Sequence record: SRR9188677_231
Length of the DNA: 34,166 bases
Direction: 5' to 3' (one strand)
A program made the position numbers and the translations under genes. The first letter of the stretch is position 1. The number at the start of each line of letters is the position of its first letter. The notes beneath the pieces were generated by a model that made no database searches, was not told the origin of the DNA, and was given only the letters and a program-made list of their open reading frames with translations. Positions 1-10,715 of this stretch are shown piece by piece.

Positions 1-366
1 TACAGCTTTATTGGCTGGAATACCAACAAAATCAAAACCCAGCTCGACAATCCGGATACACTGTCAAAAGAAGAAATAGTTGCCGCAGCGAATGCCATTG
101 CTGCTGCTGCGAATTCGGGACTGGGCGCGCTATATGGCCCGGGGACGGACAAAGGCGAAGGCTGGAAGAAATCCAGGTTAAAATCTGAGTTCTTTGAAAA
201 ACCTGAAGAAGCAAAAAAAGCAGCCTTGCAGTTCAACCTGGAAGCCAATGAGTTTGCTAAGGTAGCGGCCACTGGCGATGTAGGCCAGATCAAAGCCAAG
301 TTTGGCAAACTGACGCAATCATGCAAATCCTGCCATGACAGCTTCAGGGAAAAAGATGTGAAATAA
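1..366 (+). CDS. Cytochrome c' (class II c-type cytochrome), 5'-truncated by the window edge
   Basis: Frame +1 is open from base 1 to TAA at 364-366 (absent from the ORF track because it has no start). It translates to a helical Ala/Lys-rich protein ending ...FGKLTQSCKSCHDSFREKDVK*, with the CxxCH heme motif at the extreme C-terminus, the class II hallmark. Confidence 0.88.
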   Translation, partial: YSFIGWNTNKIKTQLDNPDTLSKEEIVAAANAIAAAANSGLGALYGPGTDKGEGWKKSRLKSEFFEKPEEAKKAALQFNLEANEFAKVAATGDVGQIKAKFGKLTQSCKSCHDSFREKDVK

Positions 367-395
367 ACATTACTGTTTGTTTCTATTTTGAACAT

Positions 396-427
396 GCACG
401 GCGGCTGGCATTTGTCAGCCGCCGTGC
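396..427 (+). terminator. GC-rich hairpin, probable terminator or RNA-processing stem after cytochrome c'
   Basis: GCACGGCGGCTGGC-attt-GTCAGCCGCCGTGC forms a ~14-bp stem with one G-U pair. The downstream U-tract is weak. Confidence 0.6.
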
Positions 428-481
428 GTATGTATAGCAATTAAACAAACCCCTTAACCGCCTGTAGATGCATGAGCCAGT

Positions 482-1807
482 ATGTCTTTTAAAAAACTAA
501 TATTTCTAGCCTTATTCAGTGTGATCCTGATCGGGGGTTCCATATGGCTTTGGCGGGCTTATGAAGCACGGAATGGAGTTGTTGCGGATGAAGCAGACCC
601 TGCCGCATCTCATGATGCAGACCATAAAAATGGGGGTAATCATGGGCCGGGCAGTGGTCGCCATCGTGGTGACAAACCTGTGCCAGTGTTGGTGACAGCG
701 GTTGTCAAAGCCGATGTACCTATCATCCATTCGGCCTTGGGCACTGCAATTCCCTCCGCGGTAGTCACTGTTACCAGCCGTGTCAACGGTCAGCTGATAC
801 AGGTGGCTTTTAAAGAAGGTGAACTGGTCAAACAAGGGCAGTTGCTGGCAAAGATAGACCCGAAACCATTTGAAACGGCGCTGGCACAAATCCAGGGCCA
901 GGCCGTACGCAACCAGGCATTGCTGAAAAACAGCCAGATTGACCTGGAGCGTTTTAAAACGCTGCAATCGCAAGATTCGATTGCGTCACAGCAGGTAGAC
1001 TCACAGGCTTCATTGGTACAACAATACCAGGGTACGGTACAAGCTGACCACGCCTCGGTTGAGAATGCGAGGCTGCAACTCGGTTATACCAATATTATTG
1101 CTCCCGTCAGTGGCCGTATCGGTTTACGCCAGGTAGATAGCGGCAACAATATCACTACCACAAACCCGATTGCAGTTATTAACGCCATCCACCCTATTCA
1201 TGTGGTGTTTACACTGCCTGAAGACAAAATCACGCAACTGGTCCAACAAACACATACACCAGGCAGCCATCATAAATTCAAGGTGGAAGCCTGGGACAAA
1301 GCAAATAACACCAGGCTGGCCAACGGCTTTTTGACCAGTATTGATAACCAGATTGACACCACTTCTGGCACGCTGAAACTCAAAGCGGAATTTTCCAATG
1401 AAGACAATCGCCTGTTTCCCAACCAGTTCATCAATGTCCGCCTGTATAGCGACACCATACGGAATGCCAGTGTTATTCCGGTCAATGCTTTACAGCATGG
1501 GCCGGACGGCGCCTTTGTTTACAAGATTGTGCGTGACGAGAAAGGCGACAAGGTCATCCTGCAGCCGGTCACCGTTGGTCACACTACCGGTGAAATTGCG
1601 GCCATCACAAATGGTCTCGCTGTAAATGACCAGGTAGTCAGCAGCGGCATAGATAAACTGAAACAGAATGCCAAAGTAAAAATTAAAAACCCGGCCAATG
1701 CATTTGACGATAAAGATGAGCCAGGTGCCGAAAAAAAATCCAGGCGTCCTCACGGTACTGGCTCTCCGGACCAGAAACATAAACGCCGTTCGGATGCGCC
1801 TGCTTAA
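482..1807 (+). CDS. mdtA: RND efflux periplasmic adaptor (MdtA/MuxA family)
   Basis: N-terminal TM anchor. Motifs VTVTSRVNGQL...FKEGELVKQGQLLAKIDP, IIAPVSGRIGLRQVDSGN and IDNQIDTTSGTLKLKAEFSNEDNRLFPNQF. Precedes two RND permeases. Confidence 0.92.
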   Translation: MSFKKLIFLALFSVILIGGSIWLWRAYEARNGVVADEADPAASHDADHKNGGNHGPGSGRHRGDKPVPVLVTAVVKADVPIIHSALGTAIPSAVVTVTSRVNGQLIQVAFKEGELVKQGQLLAKIDPKPFETALAQIQGQAVRNQALLKNSQIDLERFKTLQSQDSIASQQVDSQASLVQQYQGTVQADHASVENARLQLGYTNIIAPVSGRIGLRQVDSGNNITTTNPIAVINAIHPIHVVFTLPEDKITQLVQQTHTPGSHHKFKVEAWDKANNTRLANGFLTSIDNQIDTTSGTLKLKAEFSNEDNRLFPNQFINVRLYSDTIRNASVIPVNALQHGPDGAFVYKIVRDEKGDKVILQPVTVGHTTGEIAAITNGLAVNDQVVSSGIDKLKQNAKVKIKNPANAFDDKDEPGAEKKSRRPHGTGSPDQKHKRRSDAPA

Positions 1808-1822
1808 GCAGCGCACTGGTTG

Positions 1823-4800
1823 ATGATGAATCCGTCTCGAATTTTTATCTTGCGCCCGGTGGCGACCTCGCTGCTGATGCTGGCCATCTTGCTGGCTGGC
1901 ATTCTGTCATACAGCCTGTTACCTAAGGCCGCTTTACCGCAAGTTGATTACCCGATTATCCAGGTGGTGACTTTGTACCCTGGCGCTAGTGCGGAAGTAA
2001 TGGCGATGAATGTCACTTCACCGCTGGAAAGGCAGTTTGGCTCTATGTCCGGCCTGGCTCACATGTCTTCTGCCAGCTCTGGCGGTGCCTCGGTGATCAC
2101 GCTGCAATTCAGCCTGAAAACCAGCCTGGATGTGGCTGTTCAATCTGTGCAGGCAGCCATGAATGCCGCCAGCAGCTTTTTACCTGCCGACCTGCCAGCG
2201 CCACCGATCTACAACAAAGTTAATCCTGCCGATGCACCGGTATTAACACTGGCGGTAACCTCCTCCACTTTGCCGTTACCAAAATTGCGTGATCTTGTGG
2301 ATACCCGTATGGCGCAGAAAATTGCGCAAGTGAATGGTGTCGGACTGGTCAGTGTCGATGGCGGTCAAAAACCGGCTATGCGCATCCAGGTGAACCAATC
2401 CGCTTTAGCCGCCTACGGCCTGGGCTTGAATGACTTGCGTACCCAGATTGATAGTGCCAACTCTAACCAGGCCAAAGGCAATATTGATGGCCCACTACTG
2501 GCTTATGAACTGGATGCCAACAGCCAGCTGCGCTCTGCAGAGGAATACCGTCAATTGATTGTTGCTAATGTCAACGACAGGCCGGTAAGGTTAAGCGATG
2601 TCGCAGACATTAAAGAAGCACAGGAAGACATGTATCTTGCTGCCTGGGCGAATAAAACCCCAGCTGTACTCGTCAATATCAAGCGCCAGCCGGGTGCCAA
2701 TGTCATTGAGGTGGTTGAACAGATACAGGCCAGATTGCCCTCATTGACTGCGGGATTACCTGCCGATGTTGAAATCAAGGAGTTAACCAACCGCACCCAT
2801 ACCATCCGTAGCGCACTGCACGATGTGCAGTTTGAGCTGATGCTGGCGGTCGGTTTGGTGGTGATGGTGATTTTTCTGTTCTTGCGCACCGCAGCCGGCA
2901 CCCTGATTCCCAGCCTGACTGTTCCGCTATCTTTGGTGGGTACCTTTGGTGTCATGTATGCCGCTGGCTTTAGTATCAACAATCTGACATTGATGGCACT
3001 CACCATCGCCACCGGTTTTGTGGTGGATGATGCGATTGTGATGATTGAAAACATCGCCCGACACATTGAAGAAGGTGAAAGCCCACTGGAGGCCGCATTA
3101 AAAGGTGCCCGCCAGATTGGTTTTACCATTATCTCACTGACATTTTCACTGATTGCGGTACTGATACCATTGCTTTTTATGGGCGACGTGATCGGGCGTC
3201 TGTTCCGGGAATTTGCCGTGACACTGGCTGTAGCCATTTTGATTTCAGCGGTGGTGTCATTAACGCTTACCCCTATGCTATGCGCGCGTTTACTCAAGGC
3301 CGCCCCACCGCAGCATGATAAGCGCCCAACATTCAGCGATAAGGTGATCGAGATTTACGGTCGTTACCTGAAGATTTCCTTAAATCATCAACCTTGGGTG
3401 CTGGCTATTGCAGGGCTATCATTCCTACTGACGGTTGCGCTGGCGATCGTGATTCCCAAAGGTTTGTTTCCGGTACAAGACACCGGTTTTATCCAGGTAA
3501 TTACCGAAACACCAGGTTCGGATGCCTTCAGGCAAGTCAGTCTGAAGCAACAGCGGGTTGTAGATGAAATCCTGCGTGACCCGGATGTAGACAGCGTGTC
3601 ATCAGTGGTGGGCATTGATGGCGTGAATACCACCCATAACAGTGGCCGCCTGTTGGTTAACCTCAAACCTTATCCCCTGAGGCAATCATCAGCCACAGCA
3701 GTGATCAGCAGATTAAAGCGTAACCTGGATGAGAGTTCACCTCTGATTCTGCATATGCAGCCGGTGCAGGATCTGACGCTTTCGGACCGTGTCAGCCGAA
3801 CCCAGTATCAATACATGCTGACCAGTACCGATCCGGAGGGGTTAGCTCAGATACTGCCGGCGTTTCTTGAAAAACTTCGCCGGTTGCCGCAGTTAACGGA
3901 CGTCGCCAGCAACCAGCATGACGATGGCTTACGTGCCGCGATTGTCGTGGACAGGGACAATGCCGGCCGTCTTGGCATCACCATGGCGGATGTTGACAAT
4001 GCTTTATACAGTGCATTCGGCCAACGCATGATTACTACTATTTTCACACAGGCAAATCAATACCGCGTGATCCTGGAAGCGCAGCCCTCCCAAAGCCCGG
4101 GGCTGGCTGCGCTGGAACAAGTCTTTGTTTCCAGCAGCAACGGTCGGCAAGTGCCACTGGCGAGTATCGCGACTGTCAGCGAAAAACCTGCTTCCCTGGT
4201 GATATACCGTGAAGACCAGCTACCTTCGATTGAAATCGGCTTTAACCTGGCCGCGAACTATGCGCTGGGTGACGCTGTGTCTGCGATTACAAGGGTTAGG
4301 CAGCAAATGCAATTTCCGGCAACAATCATTAGCCGTTTTCAGGGTGCGGCATCGGCATTTATTGCCTCACTGGATAACGAGTTATTTTTAACGCTGGCGG
4401 CGATCACTACCATGTACATCGTGCTCGGCATTTTGTACGAAAGTTATATTCATCCCCTAACCATATTGTCAACACTCCCCACTGCAGGCGTAGGTGCTTT
4501 GCTGGGCCTGATGGTGACCAATCATCCATTAAGCGTGATCGCGATCATAGGGATTATCCTGCTGATCGGTATTGTGCAGAAAAATGCCATCATGATGATT
4601 GATTTTGCGCTTGAGGCAGAGCGGGAACATGGTAAGACACCTCTGGAAGCCATCTACCAGGCCTGCCTGTTACGCTTCCGGCCTATCCTGATGACTACCC
4701 TGGCAGCGCTGTTCAGCGCCGTACCACTGGTTCTGGGCGATGGCCCCGGCTCAGAGTTGCGCGCGCCGCTGGGAATTGCGATGATAGGTGGCTTGCTCTT

Positions 4801-4906
4801 GAGCCAGCTGCTGACCTTATTTACCACGCCAGTGGTTTACCTGACTTTTGATCGCCTTGCCAAAACCTGGCAGACAGCAAAGCAGAAAACGGCGAGGCCA
4901 ACCTGA
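1823..4906 (+). CDS. mdtB: RND efflux permease MdtB/MuxB
   Basis: Starts [18 protein letters not shown]; contains [17 protein letters not shown] and [11 protein letters not shown]; ~1027 aa. ATG at 1823 or 1826 is preferred over TTG at 1820. Confidence 0.92.
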   Translation: MMNPSRIFILRPVATSLLMLAILLAGILSYSLLPKAALPQVDYPIIQVVTLYPGASAEVMAMNVTSPLERQFGSMSGLAHMSSASSGGASVITLQFSLKTSLDVAVQSVQAAMNAASSFLPADLPAPPIYNKVNPADAPVLTLAVTSSTLPLPKLRDLVDTRMAQKIAQVNGVGLVSVDGGQKPAMRIQVNQSALAAYGLGLNDLRTQIDSANSNQAKGNIDGPLLAYELDANSQLRSAEEYRQLIVANVNDRPVRLSDVADIKEAQEDMYLAAWANKTPAVLVNIKRQPGANVIEVVEQIQARLPSLTAGLPADVEIKELTNRTHTIRSALHDVQFELMLAVGLVVMVIFLFLRTAAGTLIPSLTVPLSLVGTFGVMYAAGFSINNLTLMALTIATGFVVDDAIVMIENIARHIEEGESPLEAALKGARQIGFTIISLTFSLIAVLIPLLFMGDVIGRLFREFAVTLAVAILISAVVSLTLTPMLCARLLKAAPPQHDKRPTFSDKVIEIYGRYLKISLNHQPWVLAIAGLSFLLTVALAIVIPKGLFPVQDTGFIQVITETPGSDAFRQVSLKQQRVVDEILRDPDVDSVSSVVGIDGVNTTHNSGRLLVNLKPYPLRQSSATAVISRLKRNLDESSPLILHMQPVQDLTLSDRVSRTQYQYMLTSTDPEGLAQILPAFLEKLRRLPQLTDVASNQHDDGLRAAIVVDRDNAGRLGITMADVDNALYSAFGQRMITTIFTQANQYRVILEAQPSQSPGLAALEQVFVSSSNGRQVPLASIATVSEKPASLVIYREDQLPSIEIGFNLAANYALGDAVSAITRVRQQMQFPATIISRFQGAASAFIASLDNELFLTLAAITTMYIVLGILYESYIHPLTILSTLPTAGVGALLGLMVTNHPLSVIAIIGIILLIGIVQKNAIMMIDFALEAEREHGKTPLEAIYQACLLRFRPILMTTLAALFSAVPLVLGDGPGSELRAPLGIAMIGGLLLSQLLTLFTTPVVYLTFDRLAKTWQTAKQKTARPT

Positions 4907-7900
4907 TGGTATGGTTGACCTTGTTCCTGCGACGGCCGATTGCCACCACCTTACTGGCGGTGGCAATCGCGTTGCCGGGGATCGCAGCTTATTTTGCCTT
5001 GCCTATCGCGTCCCTCCCGCAAGTTGAAATGCCCAGTATTGATGTATTTGCAAGATTGCCGGGGGCCAGCGCAGAAACCATGGCTTCTGCGGTAGCATCG
5101 CCACTGGAACGCTCCCTGGGCAATATCGCCGGTGTCAATGAAATGACATCCAGCAGTTCCAAAGGACAAACCCGGGTCAGTTTGCAATTTGACTTGGACC
5201 GAAATGCAGATGGCGCAGCACGCGATGTGCAGGCAGCCATTAACGCAGCGGTGCCTTTGCTGCCTGTCGGCATGCAAAGCAACCCGACCTGGCGCAAAAG
5301 CGGCTCCAACATGATTATGCATATTGCATTGACTTCGGAGCGCTACAGTCGACGCGAACTGTACGATATTGGCCTGTCACTGATCGGTCAGCGTATTTCC
5401 CAGGTCGATGGTGTAGGCCAGGTGAATGTGAATGGCAGTGCCTTGCGATCGGTGCGCGTTGAAGTTAACCCACTCACTGCGCATCAATATGGTATTGCCC
5501 TGGAGCAGATACGCAATGTGATCGCAAATACCAACGCGCATCTGCCGAAAGGCTTTGTTGAAAATGATGACAAGCGCTGGCAGCTTGATGTGAATGACAG
5601 TGGCAATAAAGCCGCCGACTTTGAAGATTTAATCGTGGCCTGGCGCAATGGCGCTCCTATCCGCCTGCACGACATTGCCGATGTCAAGGACTCGGTACAG
5701 GAGCTACGCAGCACCGGCAGTGTAAATGGCAAGCCAGGGGTAGTGATCTCAGTCAATAATATTCCCGGCACCAATATTGTCGCCACCGTGGATGGCATCA
5801 AGGCCTTATTGCCAAAACTGAAACCCTTGCTGCCGCCCGGCATTGAAATGGAAGTGCTGATTGACAGGAGTACCATCGTCAGGAAGTCACTGCAGGAAGT
5901 GGAACATACGCTGTTGATTTCTATCGTGCTGGTGATCCTGGTCACTTTCGTGTTTTTACGCAGTGGCCGCGCTGCGCTGATTCCAAGTATCGCCATCCCG
6001 GTTTCACTGCTGGGTACCCTGGCAGTGATTTACTTATGTGGCTTCAGCCTGAACAATCTGACGCTGATGGCGCTGATTATTGCCACCGGCTTTATTGTGG
6101 ATGATGCGATTGTGGTGGTTGAAAACACTATGCGTCATATTGAACATGGGTTAAAGCCATTGCAGGCGGCGTTCCAGGCGGTGCATGAAGTATCTTTTAC
6201 CATTATTGCCATGAGCCTGTCGCTGATTGCTGCCTTTATCCCTTTGCTTTTCATGGATGGCGTGATCGGGCGTATTTTCCGCGAATTCTCCATCACCCTG
6301 GCCAGTGCAGTGGTACTGTCATTGCTGATTACATTGACGCTTACCCCGGTACTATCCTCACGATTACTGAAATCCGATCCTTCACCCAACAGGCTGTCAC
6401 GCGCGCTGGCGAGCATTTTCGATATTCCGCACCGGGCTTACTACAAGGCATTGCAATGGGCGATCCGCCATTCCACACTTATCCTGGTGCTGTTTTTTGT
6501 GGCGATAGGCAGCAATGTCTACCTGTATTCCATCGTGCCCAAAGGCTTCTTCCCGTTACAGGATACCGGCAGGTTGCAAGGCAACTTTGAAGGTGATCAG
6601 AACCTGTCGTTCTGGGCGATGCGTGAAAAAGTCGACCAGTTCATGCGCGTGATTGCCAGTGACCCGGATATAGAAACTTATTATGAATACACCGGTGGCT
6701 TTGGCGGCGGACAGTCCAATACCGGCATGTTGAATGCTCGCCTTAAACCCAGGAAAGAGCGCGTAGCATCCGCACAGGAGATTGTGGACAGGCTACGCCC
6801 GCAACTGGACAGGGTAGCCGGTGCTTCGCTTCGTTTACGGCCGCAGCAGGAATTTAATATCGGCGTACGACCCGGTTCGGCTGAATTTCAATATACCCTG
6901 CTCTCCAGCAACATCGAGGATCTGCGTAGATTCTCGCCGCAATTGAGGGATGCACTGACTAAACTGCCGCAACTGACCGATGTGAGCAGTGATGCACAAG
7001 ATAAGGGGTTACAGGCAAACCTGGTGATAGACCGTGATGCTGCGGCACGGCTAGGCATTACCCAGCGCCAGATTGATGCTTCATTAAACGATGCCTTCGG
7101 CCAACGATTGGTGTCTACCATTTATGAGCCATTGAACCAGTACTTTATTGTGCTGACGCTGGCACCACGGTTTGCAGAAGGACCGGAATCATTAAACCAT
7201 ATTTATTTAAACAGCCTCCAGAACCAGCGTATACCATTGTCCAGCATCGCGCACTGGGAGCTGGTCAATACCCCGCTGGCAGTCAATCATGAGGGGCAGT
7301 TTGCCGCCGCCACCATTTCCTTCAATATTGCGGAAGGCTATGCACTGGATGCAGCTAGCCAGGCAATTGAAGCAGCTTTTGTATCCCTGGACCCGCCCGA
7401 AAGCATACATGGATCATTCTCAGGTAAAGCAAAAGCATTTAAAGAATCCATGGATAGCCAGCCCTGGCTGATTTTGACTGCACTAGTCACTATTTATATC
7501 GTGTTGGGAATACTTTACGAGAGTCTGATACATCCCATCACGATACTTTCCACCCTGCCCTCGGCCGGGATTGGGGCATTAATGGCTTTATTGCTGTTTG
7601 ACAGTGAGTTGACGATTATCGCCATGATAGGCATCGTGCTGCTCATCGGCATCGTGATGAAAAACGCCATCATCATGATAGATGCTGCACGCTATATCAT
7701 CCAGCATCGAGGCACCTCTCCTGATAAAGCGATTGTAGAAGCCTGCATGCAACGCTTCCGGCCGATTTTAATGACTACATTTGCGGCTGTGCTGGGCGCA
7801 CTGCCCCTGCTTTTTGGTGTAGGCGATGGCGCCGAAATCCGCCAGCCATTAGGTATTTCGATTGTCGGCGGTTTGCTGTTAGGGCAAGTATTAACCTTAT

Positions 7901-8004
7901 TCACTACGCCGGTCATTTACTTGTATCTGGACAAGCTGAATCAGTTTAGAACAAAAAAAATACAACGAACAACACCTGTTTCAACAAATATCACATCTGT
8001 ATGA
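4906..8004 (+). CDS. mdtC: RND efflux permease MdtC/MuxC
   Basis: Motifs RRPIATTLLA, IATGFIVDDAIVVVEN and KNAIIMID. It is the second permease paralog and overlaps the mdtB stop (TGATG). Confidence 0.9.
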   Translation: MVWLTLFLRRPIATTLLAVAIALPGIAAYFALPIASLPQVEMPSIDVFARLPGASAETMASAVASPLERSLGNIAGVNEMTSSSSKGQTRVSLQFDLDRNADGAARDVQAAINAAVPLLPVGMQSNPTWRKSGSNMIMHIALTSERYSRRELYDIGLSLIGQRISQVDGVGQVNVNGSALRSVRVEVNPLTAHQYGIALEQIRNVIANTNAHLPKGFVENDDKRWQLDVNDSGNKAADFEDLIVAWRNGAPIRLHDIADVKDSVQELRSTGSVNGKPGVVISVNNIPGTNIVATVDGIKALLPKLKPLLPPGIEMEVLIDRSTIVRKSLQEVEHTLLISIVLVILVTFVFLRSGRAALIPSIAIPVSLLGTLAVIYLCGFSLNNLTLMALIIATGFIVDDAIVVVENTMRHIEHGLKPLQAAFQAVHEVSFTIIAMSLSLIAAFIPLLFMDGVIGRIFREFSITLASAVVLSLLITLTLTPVLSSRLLKSDPSPNRLSRALASIFDIPHRAYYKALQWAIRHSTLILVLFFVAIGSNVYLYSIVPKGFFPLQDTGRLQGNFEGDQNLSFWAMREKVDQFMRVIASDPDIETYYEYTGGFGGGQSNTGMLNARLKPRKERVASAQEIVDRLRPQLDRVAGASLRLRPQQEFNIGVRPGSAEFQYTLLSSNIEDLRRFSPQLRDALTKLPQLTDVSSDAQDKGLQANLVIDRDAAARLGITQRQIDASLNDAFGQRLVSTIYEPLNQYFIVLTLAPRFAEGPESLNHIYLNSLQNQRIPLSSIAHWELVNTPLAVNHEGQFAAATISFNIAEGYALDAASQAIEAAFVSLDPPESIHGSFSGKAKAFKESMDSQPWLILTALVTIYIVLGILYESLIHPITILSTLPSAGIGALMALLLFDSELTIIAMIGIVLLIGIVMKNAIIMIDAARYIIQHRGTSPDKAIVEACMQRFRPILMTTFAAVLGALPLLFGVGDGAEIRQPLGISIVGGLLLGQVLTLFTTPVIYLYLDKLNQFRTKKIQRTTPVSTNITSV

Positions 8005-9395
8005 AAAATATCAAATTGAGCTTTCTGGTAATCGCTGGCCTGTTGCTGGAAGGGTGCAGCGTATGGGAAGCCTATACCCGGCCAACAATGGTGATCCCCG
8101 AGCAATATAAAGAAGCGAGTGCGTTTGCCGGCTGGAAAGCGGCGACGCCAGGTAGCCCTGCATTGTCGGACAAATGGTGGGATCGCTACCAGGATGCACA
8201 GCTCACTCGACTGTTACTGTCAGCTAACCAGGCAAATTACTCGATCCTGATTGCTGAAGCCAATTACCGCCAGGGCCTGGCACTGGCGAGAGGCAGCCGC
8301 GCCCCACTGTTGCCGGCAATCAACGGGCAATCAGCCATTATCCGTGGCAATAACAGCAATTCGGGCGCAAGCACTGAGCTTAGTATAGGCATTAGTGCCA
8401 GCTGGGAAATCGATTTATGGGGCAGGATACGCAACAGCATTTTGGCAGGTGAGGCAAATGCCGAAGCTACTGCAGCAGACCTGGCTGCCGTGAAACTATC
8501 CGTACAGTCCGCACTTGCACAAACCTATTTTCAGTTACGCATACTGGATTCGCAAAAATTATTGCTGGATACCACGGCGCAAAGTTTCGAGCGTTCATTG
8601 AAACTTACCATTAACCGTTACAACGTCGGATTAGCCTCCCGTACCGAAATCGCCCAGGCCGAAACACAATTACGCAATACCCGGGCTCAAGCAATCGACA
8701 TCACGGCAGCGCGTGCGCAACTGGAACACGCAATAGCAGTCTTGATAGGAAAAGTCCCGGCCGAGCTTTCGATCCCGTCTAGCCCCTACAAGCAAGTGAC
8801 TGGTATTGCTTTTCCGATTGCAGAAGCCAGCCTGCCTTCCAGCCTGCTGGAAAGAAGACCGGATATTGCGGCTGCCGAACGCCGTATTGCCTTGGCTAAT
8901 GCGCAGATCGGCGTTGCACGAGCTGCACTATTCCCGACCCTGAGCCTGGGTGCAGGCCTGGGTTACAGCAACGATACGCTGGGCAACCTGTTATCGCTGC
9001 CGAACCGTGTATGGTCGCTAGGCCCGGCATTGGCGGGCCCTATCTTTGACAATCAACTACGTCAATCGCAAACGGATGCTGCGATTGCCCGTTATGACGC
9101 CAGCGTTGCCAGCTACAAACAGACAGTTATCAACGGGATACGTGAAGTAGAGGACAATATGGCGTTGCTGCGTATTTTGGAAGCGGAAGCTGTGGAACAG
9201 GAAATCGCCGTAAAATTCGCGCGTGAGGCGGTTGAACAAACTGAAAACCGCTATCGAGCGGGTATCAGTGAATACCAGAATGTAGTGATTGTTCAATCGG
9301 CATTACTGAATGCAGAGCGCAATTTGCTCACTATTACCGGCCGGAGATTTAATGCTTCTGTGGCACTCATGATTGCATTAGGCGGCGTACATTAG
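8001..9395 (+). CDS. Outer-membrane efflux lipoprotein (OprM/NodT family)
   Basis: Lipobox LLEG|C; motifs WEIDLWGRIR, LPSSLLERRPDIAAAER and ALGG at the C-terminus; ATGA overlap with mdtC. Confidence 0.92.
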   Translation: MKNIKLSFLVIAGLLLEGCSVWEAYTRPTMVIPEQYKEASAFAGWKAATPGSPALSDKWWDRYQDAQLTRLLLSANQANYSILIAEANYRQGLALARGSRAPLLPAINGQSAIIRGNNSNSGASTELSIGISASWEIDLWGRIRNSILAGEANAEATAADLAAVKLSVQSALAQTYFQLRILDSQKLLLDTTAQSFERSLKLTINRYNVGLASRTEIAQAETQLRNTRAQAIDITAARAQLEHAIAVLIGKVPAELSIPSSPYKQVTGIAFPIAEASLPSSLLERRPDIAAAERRIALANAQIGVARAALFPTLSLGAGLGYSNDTLGNLLSLPNRVWSLGPALAGPIFDNQLRQSQTDAAIARYDASVASYKQTVINGIREVEDNMALLRILEAEAVEQEIAVKFAREAVEQTENRYRAGISEYQNVVIVQSALLNAERNLLTITGRRFNASVALMIALGGVH

Positions 9396-9426
9396 CTAGT
9401 TGATATATTTGTGGAAGGTGCAAAAT

Positions 9427-9458
9427 AAAAAAGCTGTGCCCACAGACACAGCTTTTTT
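9427..9458. terminator. Bidirectional intrinsic terminator
   Basis: AAAAAAGCTGTG-cccacaga-CACAGCTTTTTT lies between convergent genes, with A/T tracts on both sides. Confidence 0.85.
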
Positions 9459-9471
9459 ATCATCCAAGGAA

Positions 9472-9840
9472 TTAACGATTATTGAAATATCCAATATTCA
9501 TCACTCTATCGTTCACGAAAGTTACTTCGGTTTCTTTATAGGTATTTTTGGCATCATATTTAACGATGTTTTTGTAGTACCACATTTCCACTTGTACCGG
9601 CTTGGAGCTTTTGTCTTGCCCACCCACGCCGGCAATCATGTTACTCGCATTGCTAGGCTTTACCGATTGCTGTTTCTTGAAGGGTTGGCCCAGTTTTTCC
9701 AGCACTACTTTTTTTGATTTGCCGCTAAAATTATCAATGAATTCGTTTTCATTGTAGGTTTTGCCAGCGAAGGCTGATGCCACGTTGCTGAACATCACCA
9801 GTGCCATAACAACAGCCGAAATCTTTGCATAAAACTTCAT
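9472..9840 (-). CDS. Small exported protein, SmpA/BamE-like fold suspected
   Basis: Sec signal peptide (MKFYAKISAVVMALVMFSNVASAFA). The pattern GKSKKVVLEKLGQP...EMWYY...VTFVNDRV resembles SmpA/OmlA domains, but there is no lipobox Cys. RBS-like AGGGA upstream. Confidence 0.7.
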   Translation of the reverse strand: MKFYAKISAVVMALVMFSNVASAFAGKTYNENEFIDNFSGKSKKVVLEKLGQPFKKQQSVKPSNASNMIAGVGGQDKSSKPVQVEMWYYKNIVKYDAKNTYKETEVTFVNDRVMNIGYFNNR

Positions 9841-9953
9841 GTTTAATCCCTGTGATCCAAATTCAATTTTACAATTATCGTGTTTGTGAAAGTATAACTG
9901 TTTATCACCTTATTTGGTTGACTGCAACCACGGTAAACTTGTTCACTTCTCGG

Positions 9954-10715
9954 TCAGATGGTTAGCTGCAAGCCATCGTAACCCACTTTAACATTGGCTG
10001 GCAGCGTTGCCTGTAGCGCATGATATTCCAGCTCGTGGGTCATATGAATCAGCACATTGCGTTTGGCACCTATGAGGCTGATCAGCGCCAGCGATTCACT
10101 GAGGCTGACATGGGTGGGGTGCGGGGTTTCACGCAGGCAATCAATGAGTAACAGATCCACATCCTTGAGCAACTCGTAAGAGGATTCGGGGATACTGGAC
10201 ACATCCGTCATGTATACCAGATTACCTATGCGATAAGCATAAATACGTATCTTGCCGTGCATCACCGGGATGGGCGTCACGGCCTGCCCTGCCACTTCAA
10301 ACGGTGTTTCTACCACATGGGCTGCCAGCACGGGTAAATCCCAGAAGTTACTGGGCTCGCGTAAGGTATAGCCAAATTTATCCTGGATATGGCTGATCGC
10401 TTCCGGATAACTATACAGGGGAATCTGGCAGCGGTTGATCTGGCAAAAAGCACGCAAGTCATCAATACCGTGTAGATGGTCGGCATGGGTATGGGTAAAC
10501 AACACTGCATCGACCCGCTGCATATTTTCACGCAGTGCCTGCTGGCGTAAATCGGGCGAAGTATCAATCAGGATCACACGACCATCATCCAGCGTCACCA
10601 TGCTGGAACAACGCGTGCGCTTGTTGCGGTGGTCAGTGGAGACACAAGTGGCGCAAGGGCAACCCACCGCGGGAGTGCCTGCACTGGAACCTGCACCAAG
10701 TATGGTCAGTTGCAT
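9954..10715 (-). CDS. MBL-fold metallo-hydrolase (PhnP/YcfH-neighbour type)
   Basis: Motifs LGAGSSAGTP..GCPCATC, THTHADHLHGIDD and HMTH. Typical position next to tatD. Confidence 0.9.
   Translation of the reverse strand: MQLTILGAGSSAGTPAVGCPCATCVSTDHRNKRTRCSSMVTLDDGRVILIDTSPDLRQQALRENMQRVDAVLFTHTHADHLHGIDDLRAFCQINRCQIPLYSYPEAISHIQDKFGYTLREPSNFWDLPVLAAHVVETPFEVAGQAVTPIPVMHGKIRIYAYRIGNLVYMTDVSSIPESSYELLKDVDLLLIDCLRETPHPTHVSLSESLALISLIGAKRNVLIHMTHELEYHALQATLPANVKVGYDGLQLTI

Noticed and set aside
32-214. 60-aa minus-strand ORF
   Set aside because: Antisense to the cytochrome c' frame, which has the CxxCH motif.
2980-6300. Nucleotide similarity between ~2980-3240 and ~6045-6300
   Set aside because: Explained by mdtB/mdtC paralogy (TM4-5 region), not a mobile repeat.
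2551-7916. Long antisense ORFs within mdtB/mdtC (e.g. 2551-3297, 5484-5996)
   Set aside because: Typical codon-bias shadows of membrane-protein genes; no motifs or RBS.
9400-9717. 105-aa plus-strand ORF
   Set aside because: Runs through the terminator and is antisense to the signal-peptide-bearing 9472-9840 gene.
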